From Nitrospirales bacterium (GTDB lineage Bacteria > Nitrospirota > Nitrospiria > Nitrospirales > UBA8639): a stretch of 64,000 nt of DNA. The notes beneath the pieces are model-generated. The model made no database searches, was not told the origin of the DNA, and was given only the letters and a program-made list of their open reading frames with translations. The position numbers and the translations under genes were made by a program. The stretch spans positions 704,001 to 768,000 of the forward strand of contig CBDCWC010000003.1 of the NCBI GenBank assembly GCA_965223295.1. The letters are read 5' to 3'. Shown here piece by piece: positions 11,450-21,360 of the stretch (position 1 is its first letter; the number at the start of each line of letters is the position of its first letter).

Positions 11450-13189
11450 TCACTTCTCACTGATAATTCCTTCGACTTCACGCAGCGTATACAAATGATG
11501 GTACAGCCCACGTTGCTCTAAGAGTTCCTCATGCCGCCCTTCTTCAACAATTGTTCCTCGATGAAGCACAAGAATGCGATCCGCCCGTTGAATGGAAGAG
11601 AAACGATGCGCGATCATCAAAGTGGTCCGCCCTTTCATGAGCTCATCCAATGCACTCTGCACCAACGACTCTGATTGGCTATCCAATGCCGACGTCGCCT
11701 CATCAAGGATCAGAATTCTGGGATTTTTCAATAAGGCTCGTGCAATCGCAACTCGCTGCCGTTGTCCGCCTGATAGGTTTATACCCTTCTCCCCTAATAC
11801 AGTCTCGTACCCCGCCGGAAGGGTTTGAATAAACTCATGGGCATTGGCCCGCTCACTCGCTTCCCGCACCTCTTCTTCAGAAGCATCCCAACATCCGTAT
11901 CGAATATTTTCGTTAATAGTCCCGCCAAATAAATGCGTGTCTTGGGGAACAAGTGCTAATTGATGATACAAACTGTCTAATTCAATGGATTTAATATCAT
12001 GCCCATCAATAAAAACTTTTCCCATGGTCGGATCATAAAAACGGTGCAGCAGATTAATGATCGTCGTTTTTCCTGCGCCTGTGGGCCCAACCAACGCCAC
12101 ACATTCACCCGCTTCAATGGAAAACGAGACGCCCTCTAGTACAGGGCCCCGACCGTCATAGGCGAATTGTACGTCCTCGAACTGCACAGCACCCTGAATC
12201 GGATTCAATGCCTGAGCATCAGAAGCATCTTGTATATCCAATGGAGTATCCAGCAATTCAAATACACGCGTCATGGCACCTTGCACTTCTTTCACTTGCG
12301 TAAATATTCTGGCAGCTGACCCAAACGGACCAATAAGGATTCCCGCAAACAGCACAAAGGCAAACAATTCCCCAGGAGACAATTGCCCTTCAATGACTTG
12401 CTTCCCCCCATACCACAACACTCCAATGGCCATGGCAAAAGTAAAAAACGTAATGACCGGGACAAAGACAGCTAACACGCTAGTCCGCTGCATGGTGGTT
12501 GCTAAGAGGTTATCAACTGCTGAACGGAACCGTGATTCTTCTCTCTGCCCTTGCACAAATGACTTCACCTCCCGAATACCTGAGACCACTTCCTCGATAA
12601 GCGTCGTCACATGCGCGGTTTGATCTTGAATTTTCATTGACAATGATTTCAACCGTTTTCCAAACAGCCGGGCCACCAGCGCGAGCAACGGCAAGAGAAT
12701 CAGAATGAGCACGCACAAGCGCCAATTCATGACCAACAGAAATCCGACCCCTCCAATAATTGTCACCAGATGCTTCAGCGCATCTAAGGGAGTTTCGGTC
12801 AAGAGGTTTTGAATCACACCAACATCATTCATTAAACGGGAAATCAATTCCCCCGTTCGTCGTTTGGCAAAAAATTTCAGCGATAGCCGATGCAGATGCG
12901 AAAAGACATGCGTGCGAAAATCCGCCATCACCCGTTGGGAAGCCAGCGCGGTGAGATAGCTATGGCCCATGGACAACAGCCCCTGCCCCACGACTAACCC
13001 AATAAACACCCATACCATAGACGTTAACTGCTGAAGGTCTCGATGAACTGTGATCAAGTCCCATAAAAAACCTCCCAACTTAATCATTGCCAAATTGCAG
13101 GCAGCCACACCCATGACGGCTACGCCCGCGCAGACCATGATCATCATCTGAGGTCGAACAAAGGGCAAAAATCGAGACCACTGGTTCAT
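11450..13189 (-). CDS. ABC exporter, fused TMD-NBD (MsbA-like)
   Basis: TM helices, GPTGAGKT, LSGGQRQR, ILDEATS, IAHR; start assigned to ATG 13189. Confidence 0.92.
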   Translation of the reverse strand: MNQWSRFLPFVRPQMMIMVCAGVAVMGVAACNLAMIKLGGFLWDLITVHRDLQQLTSMVWVFIGLVVGQGLLSMGHSYLTALASQRVMADFRTHVFSHLHRLSLKFFAKRRTGELISRLMNDVGVIQNLLTETPLDALKHLVTIIGGVGFLLVMNWRLCVLILILLPLLALVARLFGKRLKSLSMKIQDQTAHVTTLIEEVVSGIREVKSFVQGQREESRFRSAVDNLLATTMQRTSVLAVFVPVITFFTFAMAIGVLWYGGKQVIEGQLSPGELFAFVLFAGILIGPFGSAARIFTQVKEVQGAMTRVFELLDTPLDIQDASDAQALNPIQGAVQFEDVQFAYDGRGPVLEGVSFSIEAGECVALVGPTGAGKTTIINLLHRFYDPTMGKVFIDGHDIKSIELDSLYHQLALVPQDTHLFGGTINENIRYGCWDASEEEVREASERANAHEFIQTLPAGYETVLGEKGINLSGGQRQRVAIARALLKNPRILILDEATSALDSQSESLVQSALDELMKGRTTLMIAHRFSSIQRADRILVLHRGTIVEEGRHEELLEQRGLYHHLYTLREVEGIISEK

Positions 13190-13290
13190 AGAAATCCCAT
13201 AGTGCAACAATGCCGTTAGAGAGGGGAAAAAGAATAGTTACACACAAACAAATGAAGAACTAAAAGCAGACAGGAACGAAGGATTGGGAG

Positions 13291-13512
13291 TCAATCGAGT
13301 TGAATAACTGATTCGATTTGCAATTTATTGATTGCGACAAACTCCGAATGGTGGGTGTCATCGATAAGGACATCGGTCAGATTAAGAAATCTGACCGATT
13401 CATCATTCAGTACATCCGAAATTCGATTCCGCATCGGGGGAATTAAGAGCTCACCAACATAGGTTGAAAGTGAGGAACGCACCTTTATGCGAACTTTCTT
13501 CCCTTGGGACAT
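13291..13512 (-). CDS. Small conserved hypothetical protein (DUF6812-like)
   Basis: RISDVLN...FLNLTDV...FVAINK pattern. Confidence 0.65.
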   Translation of the reverse strand: MSQGKKVRIKVRSSLSTYVGELLIPPMRNRISDVLNDESVRFLNLTDVLIDDTHHSEFVAINKLQIESVIQLD

Positions 13513-13546
13513 AGCAATATTCTTATCCCTGCCGACCTATAGAAGA

Positions 13547-13642
13547 TTAATTGCGCCGCTTCGCGAACTTCATGCGGCGGCGAAGTTTTTTATGTTTATG
13601 CTTGCGCATCTTCTTCCTCCGCTTTTTGACCACACTGGACAT
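13547..13642 (-). CDS. AURKAIP1/COX24-domain small basic protein (bS22/mS38-like), missed by ORF track
   Basis: Manual translation MSSVVKKRRKKMRKHKHKKLRRRMKFAKRRN*. Confidence 0.88.
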   Translation of the reverse strand: MSSVVKKRRKKMRKHKHKKLRRRMKFAKRRN

Positions 13643-13871
13643 AAGTAATAGATTCCTGGGTTAAAATAATGGTAGATGGCAAGGCAATAGGAACGTATTC
13701 AACTTTTGAATGCTTAGGGAAAAGGCCAATGAAACAGCTGGGTACCTATCATAGGGTAAAGAAATGTGTCAAGAAAACTCATGTATCATAGCTGGTCACA
13801 GACCCGAGAGTCATCTTCTCTTTAGAAATTTCCTTGACCCCTCCGGCACACCTTCTTCATGATAGGGCCTC

Positions 13872-14369
13872 ATGGGAAAGGAATCCGCTGTCATCACACG
13901 CTTTTGGGTCTGGGCAATCATGGCTACATTCGGAATGGTGTGTCTTGCAGGAACTGGATGTTCCAAAAAAGAGCCAAAATATCCAGAAGATCATGCCCGG
14001 TTTCAACGAGTGGTCCAGGCCATCAAATCACTTGAAACCGCTTATGTCAACAAAGATCAAACCGCATTCCACGAGCTTCTCTTGCCTCTTGAGCAGCTGG
14101 ACAACTTGGAAACCGAGGCAACGAGAGATTTTGCGGCCTTTGACACCATTCAGCTTGACGTGACGGTGGACCGCATTCTCATCGATGGAGATCGAATTTC
14201 GGCCTTCATATCCTGGCAAGGCCAATGGCAACGTACTGCGCAAGAATCAAACGACCAAGCCAGAGGCCATGGAGTGCTGCTGTGGAGCGGAGCTCAAGTC
14301 ATATTACTTCGCGGAATAGAAGGTGACCTGCCATTTGGCATGGCATCCCGCCTCAACATCGCCTCCTGA
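13872..14369 (+). CDS. Putative lipoprotein
   Basis: Lipobox-like LAGTGC followed by a soluble domain. Confidence 0.7.
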   Translation: MGKESAVITRFWVWAIMATFGMVCLAGTGCSKKEPKYPEDHARFQRVVQAIKSLETAYVNKDQTAFHELLLPLEQLDNLETEATRDFAAFDTIQLDVTVDRILIDGDRISAFISWQGQWQRTAQESNDQARGHGVLLWSGAQVILLRGIEGDLPFGMASRLNIAS

Positions 14370-14408
14370 TTTCCGCAAACCCCACTCTCATATCTCAACA
14401 TTCTTACG

Positions 14409-16058
14409 ATGGCTTCTTCCACTGCTAAAGTTCCAGGACATTCTCAAGTCCTTTCTACTGATTTCCTCATCATTGGCGCTGGGGTAGCTGGCCTGCGTGC
14501 AGCCTTGGAATTATGTCGACACGGAGAGGTTACCATGGTGGCGAAAGGCGGACCTCAAGATAACAACTCCTTCTATGCCCAAGGAGGCGTAGCGGTAGCC
14601 CTTAGTGAAGAGGATGACGTTGATCTCCACTTCACCGATACCCTCAAAGCCGGGCATCAACTATGTTCACGCCCGGCCACAAAAGTTTTGGTTGAGGAAG
14701 GTCCCGACCGGATCCAAGAACTCATTGACTGGGGCGCGAAATTCGACACGATTGATGGAAAATTGGCATTCACAAAAGAAGGCGCTCATAGCCGTCATCG
14801 CGTCTTGCGGGCAGGGGGGGATGCCACCGGAAGTGAGATGGTTCGGGCCTTGGGTGTGAAAGCTCAAGCCCTCAAGAATCTTAAATGGCTGGGCAACCAT
14901 TTTGGTGTCGAATTGATTATTCAGGACGGTCGTTGCTGCGGGGCTTTCGTACTAGATGAACTGAAGGGTATTCAGAAAACGATTCTGGCCTCAGCCGTCC
15001 TGCTGGTCACCGGCGGAGCAGGACAAGTCTACGCTCGGACCACCAATCCACCCAATGCCACCGGCGATGGCATTGCCATGGCCTACAGAGCCGGAGCAAT
15101 TTTAGAAGACATGGAGTTCGTTCAATTTCATCCGACTTCCTTATATTTGCCCTCAAGCCCCCCGTTTCTCCTGTCAGAAGCCCTCCGCGGTGAAGGAGCC
15201 ATTCTTCGAAATAACCGAACTGAACGGTTTATGACACACTATGATCGCAATCTAGAACTGGCCCCGCGAGATATCGTCTCGCGCGCCATTTGGACGGAAA
15301 TGCAACGCACCAAAGCCCGGCACGTCTATTTAGACGCCACACATCTCAAAGCATCCTTCTTAAAAGAGCGATTCCCTACCATCTATTCTACTTGCCTACG
15401 ATACGATATCGACATCACTGAAGAATGGATACCCGTGTCCCCCAGCGCCCATTATTTTATGGGTGGCGTCAAAACCGACCTTCATGGCGCCTCAAACATC
15501 CTCGGCCTCTATATCGCCGGCGAAGCCGCCTGTTCAGGTGTCCACGGCGCCAACCGCTTAGGCAGTAACTCTTTGTTAGAAGGATTGGTTTTCGGCTTGC
15601 GCGCCGCACGAGCAGCCTATCGTTATTCAGCAACCTGTTCGCCCCCGAATGTTGTTTCAGCATCTACCCGTAGAAGAACATCGAAGAAGAAGCTGACCGA
15701 ACAGGACATTGAAAAACTGAGAAATTCTCTACGGCGTTTGATGTGGACGAAAGTTGGGTTAATCAGAACGGAAGAATCGTTACACAAAGCCCTTGAACAA
15801 CTTCTACAATGGTCTCACAAACTGCGAGTGCCCCCGTTTAATCGAGCAGGCCTTGAAGCGCAGAACATGATTCAGGTGGGGCAATGTATTACCGAAGCCG
15901 CCCTGTGGCGTTCCAACAGCGTAGGCGCCCACTATCGGGAGGACATTCCACTGTTTAAAGGCTTGAATTGGAAAGTCCATAGCCAGAATCACATACCGGC
16001 CCCCACTCCATCGGGATCCTTTCCTTCGAGGAAAACCAAAAAGGTACGGCATCGCTGA
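14409..16058 (+). CDS. nadB: L-aspartate oxidase
   Basis: IIGAGVAGL, SFYAQGG, EGAHS, QFHPT, SEALRGEG, ELAPRD, AHYFMGG, GVHGANRLGSNSL. Confidence 0.95.
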   Translation: MASSTAKVPGHSQVLSTDFLIIGAGVAGLRAALELCRHGEVTMVAKGGPQDNNSFYAQGGVAVALSEEDDVDLHFTDTLKAGHQLCSRPATKVLVEEGPDRIQELIDWGAKFDTIDGKLAFTKEGAHSRHRVLRAGGDATGSEMVRALGVKAQALKNLKWLGNHFGVELIIQDGRCCGAFVLDELKGIQKTILASAVLLVTGGAGQVYARTTNPPNATGDGIAMAYRAGAILEDMEFVQFHPTSLYLPSSPPFLLSEALRGEGAILRNNRTERFMTHYDRNLELAPRDIVSRAIWTEMQRTKARHVYLDATHLKASFLKERFPTIYSTCLRYDIDITEEWIPVSPSAHYFMGGVKTDLHGASNILGLYIAGEAACSGVHGANRLGSNSLLEGLVFGLRAARAAYRYSATCSPPNVVSASTRRRTSKKKLTEQDIEKLRNSLRRLMWTKVGLIRTEESLHKALEQLLQWSHKLRVPPFNRAGLEAQNMIQVGQCITEAALWRSNSVGAHYREDIPLFKGLNWKVHSQNHIPAPTPSGSFPSRKTKKVRHR

Positions 16059-16064
16059 GAGCGA

Positions 16065-16949
16065 TCATCTCGCGGGCATCGTTAAACAGGGGCCTAAAAA
16101 TCGATTGAGATTCTGCTGAAAAACGTTGTACAGCTCTTTGGTGATGAAGCCTTGTTTCCCATGGCTTATTGGATGACTTCCAATTCTTGAGACAGCCATA
16201 ATTTCACTGCCCGTATTTGTGATAAAGCATTCATCGGCCTGTTGCAGTTCCTCTATCATGTATTTGCCTTCTTCCACTTTGACACCCTGCTTCCTTGCTA
16301 ACTCCATGACGACGTCTCGCGTTACACCCTTCAAAATGCCACATTTAACAGCCGGGGTATACAATCGTTGGGCCCTTACAAAGAAGATATTACTCGTCGT
16401 ACATTCCGCAACATAACCATCCAGATTTAACATCAAGGCATCATCCGCCCCCCCCTGATTCGCCTCCCGTTTCGCCAAAATATTATTCAGAAAACTGGTT
16501 GCTTTAATTTGAGGAGGCTGCGCTTTCTGAGAGTTTCGGCATACAGACGACACGTGCAAAGTCAAACCCTGGTCCCGCCGCTGCTCGGAGTACGTCTGAA
16601 CAGATTTCGCCATCACGACAAGAGTGGGGTGGGCACACAACTTCGGGTCAATCCCAAGTTCCCCTTGACCGCGAGAGACCGTCACCCGGAAACCCGCATT
16701 TTGCAGGTGATTGCGATCCAACAGTTCACGAAAAATTGGCAACCATTCGTCATCGTGTATGGGGAGATTCAGTCCAATAAGTTCACAAGATTGGTGAAGC
16801 CGTTCGAGATGACGTTCCCAAAGAAATAACTTGCCCTGATACACCCGCAATGTCTCATAGACACCGTCCCCATATAAAAAACCATGGTCTAACACAGAAA
16901 TCTTGGCATCCCGTTCTTGGATAACATCACCATTTAGATAAACCCACAT
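16065..16949 (-). CDS. Class IV PLP aminotransferase (aminodeoxychorismate lyase / branched-chain aminotransferase family)
   Basis: DHGFLYGDGVYET, HLERL, ECTTSNIF, ILKGVTR; directly downstream of the pabB-like gene. Confidence 0.88.
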   Translation of the reverse strand: MWVYLNGDVIQERDAKISVLDHGFLYGDGVYETLRVYQGKLFLWERHLERLHQSCELIGLNLPIHDDEWLPIFRELLDRNHLQNAGFRVTVSRGQGELGIDPKLCAHPTLVVMAKSVQTYSEQRRDQGLTLHVSSVCRNSQKAQPPQIKATSFLNNILAKREANQGGADDALMLNLDGYVAECTTSNIFFVRAQRLYTPAVKCGILKGVTRDVVMELARKQGVKVEEGKYMIEELQQADECFITNTGSEIMAVSRIGSHPISHGKQGFITKELYNVFQQNLNRFLGPCLTMPAR

Positions 16950-16957
16950 ATCTTGAC

Positions 16958-18638
16958 CTAGATTTCTCCCTCCGATTGAAGGACTTGAAAAAAGGCTTGG
17001 GCTTTATGCAATGTTTCCTCATACTCCCGAATGGGATCGGAATCTTCGACAATGCCCGCCCCAACTTGAAGATACCCATGCTCCTGTGTCAGTAGTAAGG
17101 TGCGAATCACAATATTGAGATCAAGATTTCCATTCCATCCGATGAATCCGATGGACCCTGTATACAATCCTCGCCGTACCGGCTCTAAACGTTCGATGAG
17201 TTCCATGCAATGAACTTTCGGTACACCCGTAATCGTCCCTCCCGGAAACACCGCCCGAATGACATCAAAAGCATTGCGATCTTCCCTCAACTGCCCAAGC
17301 ACGTGCGAGACTAAATGCATGACATGTGAGTAGCGTTCGACTGTCATAAACTCATCGACTCGAATAGACCCATACCGACAGACCCGGCCCAAATCATTAC
17401 GCGCCAAGTCTACGAGCATGAGATGTTCTGCCCGTTCTTTGGAGCTTGAAAGCAACTCTTCCACTAAGCGTCGATCCTGAGCCATTCCCTCGCCACGCGG
17501 CCGGGTCCCTGCAATGGGACGCATATCAGCATAACCACCTTCCAGCCGGACCAAACGTTCCGGCGAATTGCAGACAATGACATCCGATTCAAGGACAAGG
17601 AATGCTGAATGAGGAGAAGGATTGACCCGTCGCAATTGATGATATAGAGCGGCTCCAGCCTGAGCCGGCGATGGAAAATTCCGATGCATACCTTCAACCT
17701 GAAATCGTTGAGAAACATTGGCTTGATAGATGTCTCCTGCAGCGATGAATTCTTGGCATTCCTTCACCCGGCGCTGATATTCCGATGCCACTTGCCCTTG
17801 ATGAATGTCGAGAGAAAATTGACCAGGCTTGATTTCTGCAACAGAATGATCCATGGACCGCAACTTGATCTCAAGATCAGACAATCGTGCGTCCCCTTCC
17901 CGTGCCAATTGCTCGCAATCTTCACTGGCCACCCGTTCTGGAGAAGGCGAATACACAAGCCAGACCGTTCCGTCATGATGATCAACCACCACAAACGTTT
18001 CCACAAAGAAAAAATACAGATCCGGAAACTGAAGATCATCGACAGTATATTCGGGAAGTGCTTCAAACGTTCTGGCTAAATCATAACTCAAATATCCAAT
18101 TGCCCCCCCGATGAACGGCAAAAAAGACGGGGCAACTGACACAATCGGCTCGGTAAAAGTTCGTTCCAACAACGCAAACGGTTCCCCTTTATGTTCTTCC
18201 CACCTCCCTGCTACATAGGATTGCACCGAACGTCTCTTGCCTCGCATAACACGGTCAGGTTCACCGCCTAGATAGGAGTAACGTCGAGAAACACCTTGTT
18301 GAAACCAATTATGTTCGAGAAAAAACGAGTGGGGAGCATAGTTGGTAACTGCAATATACAACTCGAAAGGATCGTGAAAATCTATGGAACATTGCCGCAC
18401 GAGAGGAAAGATACTGGGACTGTTAGGTATTTCACTTCGATAGCCCATAGAGCCTCGTATTGAGATCAAACTCATGAAACAGGGGGGAAAGTTCAAAAAA
18501 GTTCGTCCAGCAAGGCCCCAGCCATTTTGATGCGCGGAACGTACTGCTAATACGTGAGCACAGCAAAATGGCGAGAACGCCGCTGGCGGATTTTTTCAAC
18601 ATTCCCATACTTGAAGAAAGAGGGGTTGGATCTGTCAT
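16958..18638 (-). CDS. pabB: Chorismate-binding enzyme (aminodeoxychorismate synthase component I / TrpE-like), 5' end interrupted by family A element
   Basis: GDIYQAN, SPER, PIAGTRPRG, KERAEHLMLVDLARND, FPGGTITGVPK, RGLYTG. Removing the element plus one TSD restores in-frame MTDPTPLSSSIFPLVRQ. Confidence 0.82.
18416..18606 (-). mobile_element. Family A element copy 3 (core plus extension type II) inside pabB
   Basis: ATACT direct repeats at 18411-18415 and 18607-18611. Confidence 0.92.
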
Positions 18639-18672
18639 CCCCGGCCGATGAGTGGGAAGAAAGGTCAAGAAA

Positions 18673-19272
18673 CTAAGGATTTTCCTGTGGGTCAGCAGGA
18701 GGAGGGGCCGTCGTTCTCATAGCATTCGCGGCTTCTTCCGGCGCTAGGATCCCTTTTTGGACAAGAGATTCTAACAGACCTTTCACAGCTTCTTCCGGCG
18801 AACGACGGAGTCCACGAACCCGAATACTGGGGGGGAAAAAACGCAGATAATCAGGATTATTGACACGAATGGTGACCGCTTCACTTTCACTGAACGGACC
18901 AAGATCTTGATCAGTATGAGGAATTCGGAAAAACGGTTTCCCATTCGCCAACAGGCCATCAGGGCCGATAATCTCTAGCCGGTCTGAAATATCCTCACCG
19001 GAGATTTCTTTCACGGTATCCACCACCAAAATCAAGGAGTCAGCAACAAGCGGATCACCTGTTTGATTTTTGACCCTCACAATAAATTCCACTTCACTCA
19101 CAGAGGTTAAGCCGGTTCCAGACAGGGCATCAGGATCTTTATATTGAACAACGGGAACCACCCCCTCCGTGACATCGGGGAGTTCATCAACCGAAGGATT
19201 CGCCAAAGCCAGGCTTCCAGTCGCAAAAAGAGTCGACATGACAGCACCCAGCAGTTTTACGTTGAACATCAT
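18673..19272 (-). CDS. Secreted hypothetical protein
   Basis: Signal peptide MMFNVKLLG...ALA; 199 aa. Confidence 0.7.
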   Translation of the reverse strand: MMFNVKLLGAVMSTLFATGSLALANPSVDELPDVTEGVVPVVQYKDPDALSGTGLTSVSEVEFIVRVKNQTGDPLVADSLILVVDTVKEISGEDISDRLEIIGPDGLLANGKPFFRIPHTDQDLGPFSESEAVTIRVNNPDYLRFFPPSIRVRGLRRSPEEAVKGLLESLVQKGILAPEEAANAMRTTAPPPADPQENP

Positions 19273-19462
19273 CCCACGATTAGAGAGAAAGTGAAAAAAG
19301 AGCACTCTCATAACTTGAAAAATCTTCGATTGACTAAAGAGACGAAAACGATAACATATTGTATCATATTTAATGAACGGTAGGCCGCTTTTGGCTTGAC
19401 AAGATTTCCGATATTTGGTTGAATGAGAGCCCTTCCAACAACTCGTCTTGCCGGTCTACAAC

Positions 19463-19681
19463 ATGGCATCTTCTCAGGATCCACTGTTTTCGGGACTTGG
19501 AAAGGCAATGCGAGTGGGGACGGACCTACTCGCCGCCCTGATCGTCGGTGGATTCCTCGGATGGTTAGTTGATTCATATGTGTTGGAGACGACACCGTGG
19601 GGTATGACGGTTGGGTTGGTGCTGGGATTAATCGCTGGAATACGTAATGCCTACCGGGCCGCTCAACGTTGGGGAACATAG
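19463..19681 (+). CDS. atpI: AtpZ/AtpI family protein
   Basis: Two TM helices, GWLVD..LET.PWG pattern, first gene of the Fo cluster. Confidence 0.8.
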   Translation: MASSQDPLFSGLGKAMRVGTDLLAALIVGGFLGWLVDSYVLETTPWGMTVGLVLGLIAGIRNAYRAAQRWGT

Positions 19682-19711
19682 TCTCACGATTTCACACAAT
19701 TAGGTTCAGCA

Positions 19712-20437
19712 TTGGAAGATCCATTACATCCCTTCGAGCTACATAACTTCATCCCGCTTTCCCTATTCGGTCTAGACATTTCGATTAACAAGGCCGTGTT
19801 GTTAATGTGGATTGTGGTGGGCGTCGCGTCGTTCCTGCTCTTAAAGGCTGGGGCAGCTAAATCGCTTGTCCCATCCAAACTTCAGAGCATGGCGGAATTG
19901 CTAGTGGAGTTTATTCGAGGCATCATTCAGGGTACGATGGGTCCATTGGGCATGCGCTATTTCCCACTTATCAGCGCATTGTTTCTGTTCATTTTATTTT
20001 GCAATCTTCTTGGACTAATACCCGGATCATATACTGTCACCAGCCAAATTATTGTCACAGGCGTCTTTGCCGTGATTGTGTACGGCCTGAGCCTTGTCAT
20101 CGGATTTCAATTACATGGCTCCAAGTTTTTAGGTATATTAGTTCCTCCTGGCACACCAGGATGGCTCCTGCCTTTAATGATTCCGATTGAATTGATTAGT
20201 CAGTTAGCTAGACCAATCTCTTTAGCTGTGCGATTATTTGCAAATATGACAGCAGGGCATGTCATTCTGGGTGTCTTATTTGGGTTAACGATTGCGGGCG
20301 GACTGCTCATTGGATGGCTTCCTTTTTCTTTCACCATTGTCTTATATGGTCTAGAGGTCGGTATCGCATTCATTCAAGCCTATATATTTACGGTCTTAAC
20401 GTGCGTTTATATGGGTGATGCTATTCATTTGCACTAA
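19712..20437 (+). CDS. atpB: F0F1 ATP synthase subunit a
   Basis: PISLAVRLFANMTAGH, IQAYIF. Confidence 0.96.
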   Translation: MEDPLHPFELHNFIPLSLFGLDISINKAVLLMWIVVGVASFLLLKAGAAKSLVPSKLQSMAELLVEFIRGIIQGTMGPLGMRYFPLISALFLFILFCNLLGLIPGSYTVTSQIIVTGVFAVIVYGLSLVIGFQLHGSKFLGILVPPGTPGWLLPLMIPIELISQLARPISLAVRLFANMTAGHVILGVLFGLTIAGGLLIGWLPFSFTIVLYGLEVGIAFIQAYIFTVLTCVYMGDAIHLH

Positions 20438-20504
20438 TCACGTTCAAACCATGAAAGTCAGTCATTACTATTAGTCCCTTTTAAACTGGGAGGACCATAT
20501 TACA

Positions 20505-20732
20505 ATGGATTCTGCAGCAGCAGCACTTTTGGGAATGGGCCTAGCGGCCGCAGGTTTTGCAGGTGCCGGCATCGGCATTGGGTATATTTTCGGGAAAATG
20601 ATCGAAGCCGTCGCACGGCAGCCCGAGGCAGAAGGCCGAGTCGGGAAGTATATGTGGATCGGTTTCGCGCTGGTTGAAGCCATCGCACTTTACGGTCTGG
20701 TCATTGCCTTTATCATCATGGGCAAAGGATAA
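20505..20732 (+). CDS. atpE: F0F1 ATP synthase subunit c
   Basis: GAGIGIG, ARQP, VEAIALY; GGAGG SD. Confidence 0.96.
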   Translation: MDSAAAALLGMGLAAAGFAGAGIGIGYIFGKMIEAVARQPEAEGRVGKYMWIGFALVEAIALYGLVIAFIIMGKG

Positions 20733-20746
20733 GGGGCGAGTGTGCC

Positions 20747-21253
20747 ATGCCACAATTTGACTCACATTTCTTTTCGTCTCTGATTTTTTGGGAACTGATT
20801 TCGTTTGGCATTCTGCTCTGGGTACTCTACAAGTATGCTCTCCCTCCCATTCTCGAAACACTTGAAACCAGAGAGAGAAAAATTCGAGAGAGCTTAGACC
20901 AAGCCGAGCAGAGCCGAGCCACGGCTGAGCAGAAGCTGAAGGAATACGAAACGAAGCTCCAGGCAGCGGCCAAAGAAACGGAAACACTCATGACCGAAGC
21001 CAAACAAAAAGCGCAGCAGCTCCTGGATGAGAACCAGCAACGACTCCGTGCCGAGACCGATCGAATGAAAGAAGAAGCCGCCCAAGATATTGAGCGAGAA
21101 CGACGGAAAGCCGTGCAGGATATCAAAGACCAAACGGCTGATCTTGCAATTTTGGTCGCAGAAAAAGTCATTGGCCGCAGCTTGTCAGATGATGACAATC
21201 GTCGGTTTGCTCAAGAAGCCTTAGCTGAAGTCGCGGCCCATTCTAAAAATTGA
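20747..21253 (+). CDS. atpF: F0F1 ATP synthase subunit b
   Basis: MPQFD, N-terminal TM helix, coiled coil, AEKVI. Confidence 0.93.
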   Translation: MPQFDSHFFSSLIFWELISFGILLWVLYKYALPPILETLETRERKIRESLDQAEQSRATAEQKLKEYETKLQAAAKETETLMTEAKQKAQQLLDENQQRLRAETDRMKEEAAQDIERERRKAVQDIKDQTADLAILVAEKVIGRSLSDDDNRRFAQEALAEVAAHSKN

Positions 21254-21329
21254 TCTTGGTCAGCAACAATCTATTGCAGACTAGATTCTCAGTTTTAGGA
21301 ATTCAGAAAACTACTTCACAAAACATTCC

Positions 21330-21360
21330 AAAGAGGGAAGGACAACTTCCCTCTTTTTTT
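21330..21360 (+). terminator. Intrinsic terminator of the atp Fo operon
   Basis: AAAGAGGGAAG-loop-CTTCCCTCTTTTTTT. Confidence 0.8.
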
